From NCBI GenBank assembly GCA_001662655.1, contig KV460230.1: 64,000 nucleotides of DNA; one strand, written 5' to 3'. The notes below the pieces were generated by a model. The model was not told the DNA's origin, ran no database searches, and saw nothing but the letters and a program-made list of their open reading frames with translations. Positions 35,523 to 47,842 of this stretch are shown in pieces. This DNA comes from Pseudogymnoascus verrucosus (Eukaryota). The translations under genes were made by a program, and so were the position numbers. The stretch's first letter is position 1. Every line of letters starts with the position of its first letter.

Positions 35523-35639
35523 AGTTTGGCCTCCTCTACCTCCTGTACTATATCACGTTCGATCTGTAACGGGTTCTGCTACGGAGACAGCTCTAAACGT
35601 TGAGGGCTCGACATAACTCAATTGGTTCTATAGTACTCA

Positions 35640-35997
35640 GAGTAGCCCTTGCTTTGCGTAACGTCAGATTAAGCGACCCTGGTATTGGGCTCTTCAGCAA
35701 CCCGACGTCCCCCCATCGCCCGCGGCAGTGTCGTTGACAGTGCAGCTGCCTCCGCGCACTTAGCAACATTAAGATTTCGTCGGCCCCCTGGTGCCCATTG
35801 ATTGAGACTTGCAAGACCCCTTTCGGTAAAGTATTTTTGGTTGGAAAGCAACAACTTCTGGACCTGTTGCTCAAAACCTTAAACAGTCCCTTAATAGCCA
35901 CCAGCCCCTCAGAGCTCTCGAGCGCCCTTAAGCGTCTCACATAGTCTTGCTTCATAGCTTCCGTACACGTCGATCCGTCATAGCGGAAGGACTGCAA
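35640..35997 (-). pseudogene. Frameshifted third paralog of the 34.4-35.5 kb family
   Basis: DYVRRLR and GRRNLNVAKCAEAAALSTTLPRAMG lie in different frames. Confidence 0.5.
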
Positions 35998-37008
35998 GCT
36001 GCGTTTACGGGCATTGGACCCGAGGTGAGCAAAAAATGAGGCGGGGAGTGGACGCCCTGTCGCAATGGCGTGGTCATATATGGCTAGTTGCTCTCAGGCG
36101 AAGCCTGGCTCCAGCTGCTCCTCCATCGTTGCAGGTTCTTCCGCTGTGGGCTTCTACTATACTGTAGCTGGTTTCTTAGGTTCGGCCTCGTCTACTGTAG
36201 CTGCTTTCTCAGGTTCAGCCTCATATATTATAGAAGGTTCTTTACCGCAGAAGGCTCTTCCACGGTGACAGCACCATCAACCTTGGTTGCTCCACGCCAA
36301 CTCAATCGTTATCATCGTCCAATATATAGTCCCATGTATGAGTTAAAATTAAGCGAGTCTAGGCGCCTCTACAGCTTCCCACCGCCGGCCACTAATCCCC
36401 TGCGAAACCCACATTTAGCAACCCTTTCACCAGCACGCTCATTGGAAGAGCTTCCCACTTATCGGATCGAGTCTCGACTCCCCGAGTGGATGCTGTGATA
36501 CCAGTAAGTCGTACAAACGGCTACGAGTTTTTATGGGTTGTGGCATGGTTGTGTACCCAATATTTGTTCCTGGAGGCCCAGAACAGGGCGATTTTTGTGG
36601 GCGGGTATGCACGATAAAAGCTGGTGTGATAAGGGTATAGGTGGTTTGTTTATAGGTGGGTTATAATAGCACAGTGACATATTGTTTTTTTTTTGCGTTT
36701 GTTTGTTTTGTTTTTGGGAAGTGCTGAAGATACATATTTTTTGAGGATTTGAAGGCTTCATTCTTTCGCCAGCTTCACATTTCAAGTCCAGTGCGCTCAC
36801 TCATTTGTGCCTGGACATTTCGCTCATTTCAATTGAACTATCATTCCAGACGCAGCAGGAAACCCACCTCAGCTTGCACATACGCAGATCACATAGGCGG
36901 ATCGTTATAGCTACCCGTCGCTGGTGAAGCAACTCTCACTCATTACTCTACTCGGGAAGGGATTCTACAGCCGTCTCTTCGAACTCTCACTTGAGATATC
37001 ACCACTCT

Positions 37009-37492
37009 ATGTCTCGCCCCAAGATGCCCCGCGGGCACCGTCCCTCACCTCTCGCGCAAGAGGTTCACCTACGCCCCGTCTCAGAACAACCCAACCTCGC
37101 CATTGCCGACCCGATATTCTGGAAGCGCTTCTCAGCCGCAATACACGAGGCCGAGGGAGCCGCCGATATAGAGAATGGCAGGGCTAGGTCGACAAGTGCC
37201 AGCACGGGGGAGACTATGGACAAGCATGGGTTAGTTGCATACATACCCCAGATGGTGGGAGCGTGTCAGATGAGATGACAGGGCGGTGCGAAGTAAGCTT
37301 GACTCAAATGCTGACTGTGTTTGGTGCAGGGACGATTGGCTGGTTAGACAGCGTCAGAAGAAGCGCCGGTGCCGAGTTATTTCGTGGAGTATTACGCTAT
37401 CTATCGCGTTGGTGATCATAGCGGTTGCTGTCGTTGCATGGTACTTCACCGCCGGGCCTGGAAAGGCAGATGGTGGGAAGGGCAAAGCTTGA
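37009..37492 (+). CDS. Small single-pass membrane hypothetical protein; join(37009..37229,37330..37492)
   Basis: DPIFWKRFSAAIH, then after the intron GDDWLVRQRQKKRRCR and a TM helix. GT-AG intron with a GCTGAC branch site. Confidence 0.8.
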
Positions 37493-39258
37493 AAGAGACT
37501 CTTGGGATATAATGGGGGTATGGAGTTGCATTCAGTGACCACAGATATTGGGTCTGTTGGCACCGGAGTTGACCGGAGTTGAATGGGGTGAAAATATACG
37601 AGAACTACGACATAATGATAATGGAAGAGAGAGACAAGATCACGTTTTGGATACAATGTCTGGAATTGGACCCTGTATTTGCATGCGGCTGAAATGTGAC
37701 CTGGAGGATCAGGAGGAGTGGATCACCACATCACACTCCTGTGTCACAAAATCGAGACATTTCGCAAATTGAGAAATCATCGTCAATTTGACGCCGTGTC
37801 TAAATATAGTCCCCTAAGATGCAGCCTTGTAGGATGGATGCTGACATAAGAACGGCAGTTCGCTCAATCGCTGCACGTGTATCCAACCAGGGGATCCGGT
37901 GGTCCTTGACGGAACTCCCTTTGGCGGGATGAGGATGCGATAAATAGATGTGGGATCCATTCCTCATCTCGGAGGAGCACGGTCAGTTGGGCTGTGGCGT
38001 TAATATCGATGGGCACAGCACGGCCCATGCTCGCGCGCTTTTTCTCTGATCTGGTGGGACATTGGGAGTGGGACCCGGTGGTATCCCTTCCGTCTGTGCC
38101 TTTCAGCCTTCCCCCCCTTCAGCCCTTCAGCTCTTCTCAGCTTATCCAAGCCGGCGAAGAGCATAAAGGGCGCGTAGAAGCTGATGGGTCTGACTGTGTC
38201 CTGCAGGGCGCCGGCTCAAAGGGCTGCATCGTACGACGTTGTTGAGAAGCTATTTCTTTGAAAATTCATGTTCGTTGATAAGATGGTTATAGTAGTGCTC
38301 CACATTTAGAAAGGCGAGAATCCCAATCGGTGCTTCTTGAGGCAATAACTGCAGGGTGCAAATTAAACGCCACAAGATACTAGGCTTGGTGGGGTGGCTG
38401 GATCACTGTTCGACCATCTTCGACCACTTCGACCACGGGATGGCTGCCCAAAGATGTGACTTGGGCACGCCCCTTCCAAGAGTTTTTGTTTGTTTGTTGG
38501 ATCCAGGCAAGGCCCTTTTTCCCGTATATGAAAATTGAGATAGAGTACCTACCTACTACCTCCCGTGCAAAAATCAACAAAAAGGGATGGGGCAAAAACA
38601 TAAGAATAATAGAGTAATAGAGCCAGTAATAGAGTAATAGAGTAGGCCATTCTAAACCTATTTTGCCACAATAGGAAAAGGACTAGTAGGATCTATGGAA
38701 ATTATGGAAATTACAGTTTATTGTTTCGTTCCATTTTGCCCCCCTTACCCCCCTACACCCCCCACCAGAGACACTTGCACTGCCTTGTTCGTCGTCGTTT
38801 GGTGGTATGGTCCCCCATACTACGTATCTTTCTCGGAATAATGATAATCCACCTCCAAATGTCCGCATCCTGGTTTCTGTCTCACCCCAAGGCCAAGCTG
38901 TCAAGGAAGCTCGAGTTTAATAATAAATAACGCTCCTGTCACCAGTTGCATCTGACCCCCCCATTCCCATTCAACCTCTCAAACTTCAATTCACACTCCT
39001 GTGTTGCTGATCTCAGCCTCATTATTTACGCTTCAAAAATCCTTCGTGCGCTGTTGACATAGGTAAGCTGATCATACAACACCGCCTTTCCCAGCTAAAA
39101 CTGTCCCCAAGGGGTAGTTATTGACGTCAGAACCTTGAATTGCATCCGCTGACAACAGACCTTAAATAGAGAGTGCGCCCACCAGCTCCAACAAGCAGAA
39201 CACACCGAAGATCAACCCTTCCGAAAATCAACCGTTGATACTCTGTACATTTTAAAAG

Positions 39259-41491
39259 ATGGCGTCATTCAAGAGCTCTCTCCCGACTCACCTGAAGCCT
39301 TCATCGGCGCTTGGGGGCGGGAGCGATGGCGGACCAGATAGCGTCCCTAGACACCATGGAAAGTCCCAATCACACGTCGTAAGTGTCACTTCCTGTGCAA
39401 TCCTGTTCAGTCTAGCAATATACCGAAGCCCCTATCTTGGTACCTCCCGCGGTTCAAACATCCAGGGCAATCACGACATGAGTTGTTGGCCATGAGGGGT
39501 TGGCCTCGATACAATGGCGAAGCGATTTGAGATTCGGGCACTCATCTAGCAAGGCTCTGGGAATCAAGTGATAATTTCCTACGAAGCGATCCTACGAAGC
39601 GATCCTACTTGGATTCGCTTCGCGAATCACCACAGCGATTTGAATGGAAGGGGAGGAATTGGACGGGGCGTCGCACTGAGTTACCAGGTCGACAAACCTC
39701 CTTTCAACACACATTCAATATCCTCCAGGTCCCAATTCCACAAAGACGTACCAGTGTCGTCATATCAAATTGGACATTCAATAGGACGTTCCTGGATTGT
39801 ATTCATTCATTTACCAGCCATTCCCCCTCCTGGAATCTCCTTATTTGGTCCTTCCGGACCAAGCTTCAAGTTTCCTTGTATCAGAACTGTCCCAACTGCA
39901 AAAATGGCGTTAACCCAAGATCCTGCTATCTACAATAAAGCAATGTCCGAACTACCACTGACAGAATGTGAAAAACAGGCCTTTGAGAACACATCCACAT
40001 CAATTGCCGCGAGCCAAATGCGAAACCACCTCAACAAGCTCTCAGACACCGTTTCCGACGAGCAGGAGAAGAAGGTAAGGCCCAGACACACACCGTTTAT
40101 GTTTAGCTGCTAATCCTGTGTAGCTTTTCGAGACTGAGATGGACAACTTCTTTGCCCTTTTCCGCAGGTATTTGAACGATAAGGCGAAGGGAAGCACTCT
40201 CGACTGGGACCGCATTGCGCCCCCTGCCGAGGGCCAGGTTGTCGACTACAACGACCTTGCCAACTCCGAGTCTGTCTCGTTCTTGAACAAGCTGGCAGTG
40301 TTGAAGCTCAATGGTGGTCTCGGTACCTCCATGGGATGTGTTGGCCCCAAGTCGGTCATCGAGGTCCGCGATGGAATGTCGTTCCTCGATCTCTCCGTTC
40401 GCCAGATCGAATATCTCAACCGCACATACAAGGTCAACGTGCCATTTGTCCTGATGAACTCGTTCAACACCGACTCTGACACCGAGAACATCATTAAGAA
40501 GTACGAGGGCCACAGCATTGATATCATGACCTTCAACCAGTCGAGGTACCCAAGAGTCCTGAAGGATTCGCTCCTCCCAGTCCCCAAGTCCTTCGACTCC
40601 GCCATTACCGATTGGTACCCACCCGGACACGGAGATGTCTTCGAGTCCCTTTACAACTCTGGCATCCTCGATAAGCTGATTGCTCGCGGTGTCGAGATTG
40701 TCTTCCTCTCCAACGTTGACAACCTGGGAGCTGTTGTAGATCTCCGCATCCTCCAGCACATGGTCGAAACCAAGTCCGAGTACATCATGGAGCTGACCGA
40801 CAAGACCAAGGCTGATGTCAAGGGTGGAACCATCATCGACTACGACGGATCCGTCCGCCTCCTCGAAATCGCTCAGGTCCCCAAGGAGCACGTCAACGAA
40901 TTCAAGTCCATCAAGAAGTTCAAGTACTTCAACACCAACAACATCTGGCTCAACCTCGAGGCCGTCAAGCGCGTCGTCATGAACAACGAGCTCGAGATGG
41001 AGATCATCCCCAACAACAAATCCATTCCCGCCGACAAGAAGGGCGAGTCGGACGTCTCCATCGTCCAGCTCGAGACCGCCGTCGGCGCCGCCATCCGCCA
41101 CTTCAAGAACGCCCACGGCGTCAACGTGCCCCGCCGCCGCTTCCTCCCCGTCAAGACCTGCTCCGACCTCCTCCTCGTCAAGTCGGACCTCTACTCCCTC
41201 AAGCACGGCCAGCTGCAGATCGACCCCACCCGCTTCGGCCCCGCCCCGCTGATCAAGCTCGGCACGGACTTCAAGAAGGTCTCAGACTTCCAGAAGCACA
41301 TCCCCAGCATCCCCAAGATCCTCGAGCTCGACCATCTCACCATCACCGGCGCCGTCAACCTCGGTCGCGGAGTCACCTTCAAGGGGACCGTCATCATCGT
41401 CGCTACGGAGGGAAGCACCATTGATATTCCCCCGGGATCCATCCTCGAGAACGTCGTCGTGCAGGGCTCCCTGAGACTGCTCGAGCATTAG
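39259..41491 (+). CDS. UGP1: UTP--glucose-1-phosphate uridylyltransferase; join(39259..39378,39979..40074,40124..41491)
   Basis: [33 protein letters not shown] and C-terminal GSLRLLEH. Splice sites keep the frame. Confidence 0.97.
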
Positions 41492-42313
41492 AGAGATAAT
41501 CGCAGTGCGATTGTCTGGGTTTTTTTATTAAAAAACTCGTTTATAATTGCGGTGTGCCACCTGTGTCCGACTGCGTTTGTAAACCTGCGGCGGTGAATTA
41601 ATTCTTTACGTTTTCTTGTTGGGAGCGGATTTTGCACAAAGGGAAGGAGGGGCAGGGAGGATGAAGAAATGGAGGAGGAATGAGGGAAGTAAATAGGAAT
41701 AGGGGCGGGCCTAGGCAGAGGCTACGCTGTGAGAGGGTGATGCGGTGCTTATTTGCTCGTTTTGCGCGATTAGGTAGATATTACTGGGCTATACTGTAGC
41801 TATTCAATTGCATGGACTTCCACAAGCTGTCAGTTGTGTTCGTGAGTTCGATGCGAGTTACGTGTTTTTGAATGTTTTTGAATATGTAATTCCCACCCTT
41901 CATCCCCAATGCTTCACTCGCTATGTAAGATATAGAGCACAGCTCCTCCCAGCTATCTCAATCTCATCTACAACCCCACCTCGCACACAAAGGGGAGGAT
42001 CCTCATCCCCCACCCAACCGCACCAAGGTATAAGCATCCAAGCGCACACAAAATCCCAAAAAATGCCACCCCCCCGCCCCCCATTGGCAACAGCGAAAAA
42101 CGTCTACGCTCCCGCGCCAAACAACAGTATTCAAACCCCTCTCATCTACTCTCCTCTGCTCAAAAAACAATCGAATCCGTGAGTTTCCAGCACATGTGTG
42201 ATATCCCACCCCCCTGGATGGACAAGCGGCGCATCTCAGATGTCTCACCTGACCCCACTCCTGTCTCACCCACTCTACTCTAGAGGGAGGCTACTACTAC
42301 TTCCCCACCCGGC

Positions 42314-45300
42314 TCACTCTCCGCGCCTCTTAGTGCTCCCGAAGCGGAACGCGTGTTTTGTCTCGGAAGGGAGGGCTTTGGCGAAGCGGTCGCGCTCTGT
42401 GGTGGTGTTGTTAGTGGGGGGTGTGTCTCAGGTCGGGTGCGGGTAAGATGTGCCGAACCCGAACCAGTGGGGGTGGGGGGATGGGGAATAGGGGGATACG
42501 TACCATCCTCGATATCGAAGGTGACGATGATATCATCGTGCTCAACGGGGTACTCAAGCTGATCTAGACAAACAAACCCATTATCCGCGCCCATACCCGC
42601 CTCATCCTGGACCGGCAGGACGAATTTCGCATCCGCGAGCTTAACGCCGTAGTTCCCACTCTTGCTAAACGACTCGAAGGAATCCGTTGGCTTGAGCACG
42701 AAATTCATGCTCTCACCGTGACTGAATCCCTCAAAGAACGCAACGAGCTGCACGACCCCGTCGCTCTCGAGGAGCTGCACGCACGCTGCTTGCGTCTCCC
42801 ATTTCTTGTGGATGGGCACGACCATGCGGCGCCGCGAGATGGCGAAGGTAGCCGCTGTGCCCGAGAAGAGGACCGAGAAGCCCGTGATGGCGCGCTGGAA
42901 CTCGTGCATGTCATCGTGGGTAGTGAAGCTATAGTGGCGAGCCGTCGGCACCTTCGCAACGAGGACGAGGAGCTGCGCTAGCCGTTGCCGCACCTCGGCG
43001 GGAGTTTGGGATTCGGTGCACGAGATGGTGAGGTCGTGTTGTTCGGAGCGGAGGATGCTGAGGCGCGGGTGCAGGCCCTTAGTGTTGATGCGGATTTTGA
43101 GCTCGCCGGGGGCGAGGACGAGGCGGTCGGTGATGCGGTCTTTGTTTGAGGATTCGGCGATGATGCGGAGGTGGCCGGCGCTTTGGACGGCGGTGGAGTT
43201 GAAGTCGGAGCCTTTGTTGTGGATGATGACTTGGAGGGAGCTCCATTCGAAGCTGTCTAGGACCATGCGGGGGACGACCGTGGACTGGCTTTCTGCGGAT
43301 CGGGTTAAGGAGAAACTCTTTAGGGGTAGGACTGCGGCAGTCGACTCGTTTGGTCGCTGGCCGCCGATGATGGTGTTGTGGAATGCGAAGCGGTCTTGGT
43401 TTGTTTCAAACGTTAGACCTATAGTCGCAGCAGGTCCATCTCCAAAATATAGATAGAGCGAGGCACCGTAGTCGACCCGCGTGTGCTCATACCGGATGGG
43501 CCTTTGGGTGGGGAGGTCGTGAGTAATGCCGCACAGCGACTTTGTGTTCGGCCCTGTGGCCACAGCTAGACGGACACCACGGTGCCGAGTATGAGGCCCG
43601 GTAATCGATTTCTCTACGATCACCTTCTCAAACACCCTTACTTTGCAATGTAGCGCTGCATCCTTGGGGAAGATCTGATCAGTCGGCTCCTTTGTCGCAT
43701 AGTGTGCTGATCGGACGGTTGTTTCCATAACAAGAACTTCATCGCTATGGGCGAGGAAGCTTGTCTGGACCTTGCTTGTATATTCATACATATTCCACAA
43801 CGTGGGTAAGTCCCCAGGTGCAAATAAAACACGCGCCCTAAAGAGCTTTCCGAGCTTAACGTCTATCATGTCTCTCTTGGTGTCCCATGCTACGTCCTGC
43901 CACGTGGGAGAGCTGCCATTCCTAGGCTGGATGGCAATGGAGATAACTCCATCCTGACTGGAGATCACGGCGGTGATAAGTTTGTCGTTACGTTCACGCT
44001 GAACTGAAAGGATGCACGGCAACGGCTGCCGTATAGGTTCATGTCCGTCTCGTGTGAGGCAAACGCCAACGTGTATTCGGCTGTAGGTAAACATATTTTC
44101 GGTGTCTCCCAGCGGCAGTGCCTCCGTTGACGAAATGCTGTCTGGCCCTTTCGGTGATAGTATTGAGGATAGGGGGATCCCAGAGAAAAGTGTCTGAATT
44201 GAGGGGTCTTGCCAGGGGTAGTCGACCCAGATTCCTGTATTGAGCCCTTGTGTAAGAATGGCGTCGTTACTATGCGGAGGCATGATATTGTTCTTCTTCA
44301 TAGATCCAGTCAACTTTCGAAGATTTGAGAATAAAGCCTGATATCGTTCGAGGAGTCTGGCGACATCATCTTGCCCACTGGCTAGAGCCGTCCTTTCAAG
44401 GGCTGTGATCTCTTCAGAAGACCTGTCTCCAATCTCAGGTCGGTGTGCCAATATTTCGCTGAGTATCCACTGACATTTTGCCAAGTCAGCATTGCCTTGC
44501 TGCTGTAGGATATCAAGCCTTTCCGAATTTGGTGCACGGCGTTTGGCAACTTGCTCTATAGTACTCCTGCCCCTCAAAAACCACCACGAAGCTGCCCTTA
44601 ATAGATTTTCGAATGATGATGCGGACAGGGACTCCTTAGATTCTGCTGATAACTCAAATAACTTATACAAGTAGCCGATCCGGCCGGCGAATTCATCCAG
44701 CGACTCGTTATTTACTGGCGACGGCGTTGGTAGATTGGCTACCAGCCTTGCCATTGAATGAGGTTCTGCATTAACAGGAGAGATATTTTGCGTTGGACCA
44801 CCATTTGACCTTGGGCTTCTGGCGGCACTATCGCTATGGTAACTAGGCGGAGGCGAGTTTGAGCTAACATCCGTACCAGGCGATTTCGGCTGTCCATTGA
44901 AAGCGTCGGCGACTTGGGAGGAAAATGATTCCAACGGGGTGTTGCTGCCACGAGATACTGGCCCTCTCTGAACAGAAGACCGAGGGTTTTGCTGGTCGGC
45001 AATGAGAGCTTGTCCTTCACTGATCTTCATCTCTTTCTGCATCCTTGCCACGAGAGCTCCATGGTCTGGGTCACTGGCCGCACTGATACCAGCCGCCGGT
45101 GCGCCGTAATTACCTGGTACGTCGGCCCTTCTTTGCGAAGCACTTGGTTGTAATCTTGGGGCGTTTGGTGGCCAAGGCTGGCCCGCAGGCGCTTGGGATG
45201 CTGGTTGCGACCTTGGATCCCTCGGCGGTTGATTTGATCGTTCCTGGTCGTTCTGCCCATCGTTGCCTCCATTTGGCCGATATCCTGGCGGAGGTTGCCC

Positions 45301-45726
45301 AGCACCAGCCTGAGGATATGATTGTGCTCGTTTCTTTGAAGCAGATATGTGTGCAGTTGGAGCCTCCGCCTCGTCACCGCCTTCTCCGATTATTTCAGGA
45401 TACTTGTCGGTGAAGCGAACCACGAGTCCCTTGCGGCTTGGTCTAGACGGTCTGTGTTCTGGAGGGGCTTGCGACGAATCTCTTGACCGGATAACCTCAG
45501 ATGCTGTAGGCCAGCGCCGTGCGCCAAGGGTATCAAGCTTTGCGAGTTTCGGTGTCGCATTCTGGTTTGGATCGGCTCCAGTCATGCGCAACGTGTCCGA
45601 GGAGGGTCGCTGTAGGAATGAAGCTACATATTCGTCCTGGTTTCCCTTCCTCTCCTGTTTCTTGCCAAACAACCTTCCAACTAGTCGCGCTGCTGCAATC
45701 TGCTTTGAGCTGGGTTGTTCATCCAT
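42314..45726 (-). CDS. Large conserved hypothetical fungal protein; complement(join(42314..42396,42504..45726))
   Basis: ORF of about 1100 aa with RKGLVVRF..PEIIGEGGDEAEAP and FAISRRRMVVPIHKKWE. A terminal intron gives ...ERDRFAKALPS...RRGE*. Confidence 0.85.
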
Positions 45727-47842
45727 GACGAGGCGTCGAGTCGAGAGAGCTGCCCAGACGACATTGGTTAGCAAGAAGTGCGCTGGAAGGACGCGTGGAG
45801 GAGCGTGAATAACTAGACAATGACAGATCTGTCGCTTGTTCGTGATATCCAGTGCTATTTGGGGGTCGTGAATAAGACTTACTGGCTAGATCTCCATGTG
45901 GCAGCCCGTTTTGAATGGGATCGTGTGCCTCGCCCGCAGCGGGGGGTCGAGATAAAGGTCGCGTTTGTCAGGTACGGAAGGCCCAGCGGGGTAATATGTC
46001 TCGATAAGCACTGCAGCTAATGTCGGAGATGGTGACTGGATTCCTTGGCTGATGTTTTGGGCACGACCTTAAACTTCCGAAACAGAGACAGCGCAAAGAC
46101 AAAAACAAAGAGATGCGGAGGTTGTTTGTTTAATGGGCAATCACAGATTAGGAGCAAGTTGAGTGCGCGATTACTGGGGAGTAACGAGTAAAGTTTAAAG
46201 TCAGCTGTAAATTTGTGGTGCCTTCTACTACTGCGCATCAGCCCAGCGCGAGGGGAATCAATCGACCCAATCACGAAAGAGTAGGATAGGCATTTCAATG
46301 GTTAGCATTGAGAAAAGGGAGTGCCCGTCTTCATTTGGGAATGGAGGCATGTGAATGGTCAGAGTGGATAATAGATGTTAATAGGTGCTGTTGGGGGGGT
46401 AAGAGTGCGTTGAAGCATCATCGTGCGTGTAGTGTTAGGGAGGAGTATGCACAGGGCTCGTGTGATCATCGTTCTTGCCGGCTACTGCTTGGCCACGATG
46501 ATACAGACGATGATGCCCAGTCCCCACCGCTGACCCTGAGAAAGTGATACTTGAGTAAAGAGGGGGAAGATCAATCTATATTTGGCTAAGATGCGGAAGG
46601 AAGCTGCTTCGTCGTCACCGTCGCACTCGATGCGCTTTAATAGGCAGTGATGACTATGACTGACTCTGTGCTCTCCTGTTTATTTGCTTTCTGGTCTTTG
46701 GGCTGACTGTGCAATATAAATAAATGTAAATAGTTGGGTTGAAGGAATAACTGTAGTTATTACTGTCTATACTGAACAACCATACGCACAGTAAGATACA
46801 TGCGACACTCTCCACTGTGTGCTGCGGCTGGCTGTTCTTTTTTACCAAGCACTGACTGTATGTAACATAGATATAAATACTATAAAATAAGTGGTCGCTC
46901 AGACTCAGGCTATATTCGCAACGATAAGTCAAACCATAATATAGTACCATACCCATACCCGTGGAGTCTGGTCTGGTGCAGTCTGGACGCTGGTAAACTC
47001 GACACAACTGAGCACAGTGCACCAAAAGGACCTTCCATTTCCATTCGATTTTTCCACTTCTATTTCTATTTCTATGTTTCATCGGCATTCTCCATTAATG
47101 CTACTCTCCATCGGCACCATTAGACCGATTCTCTCGTACTTTGTGGATGTTTTTGTGGATGTGTGAGTGTGTCAGTGTCTCGAGAGGATCAAGGGAAAAG
47201 AAAGTCGGGCGGCACAGCAGACAGAAAGAAGGGTGATGAACTGTCACACATATAACACAGTATACCACAATATATATCCATTGTCCCGAAACCTAACAAA
47301 TATTTACCATCATCCATACAAATATAGCCACAACGTCTTTCTCTCTTTTACTGCTTATTATAATATTATGCCATCCTCCGTATAATCCATCCTATGAATC
47401 CTTTTCTTTTTCCCCCTTCCCCTTCCCCTTTGCTGTGTTGTCTTCAGCCCAGCCCCACATCGTATTCCCATCCCGCGCTCGCGCTCTGCCTTGGTTCAGG
47501 TTCCGCGCCAAGCAGCTTACTTACTCCATACAGTACGAAGTACCGTGCCTTCAAATCGTGGCTTAGCTCGTTTATAGTTTCGCATTTCCATACAGAGAGA
47601 GACTCCACCATAGACACATATTATTGACCTCCCCACGTCACTCCATCGACCCATCTCCTCCTTCCCAGGTCAGCTAGGAAAAAAGGGAAAATCTCGACCG
47701 TTGGACTCACAACCACGGATTCTCCATATATGACGTCGAATTGTCCTTGATCTGGCCTCGACAGAGCCTCCGCCATTGCCTGCATGCTCTCCCAGAACAA
47801 CCGGCCGTGCGCGACGCTGCTCGACTTCGTCGAACGAAACCC

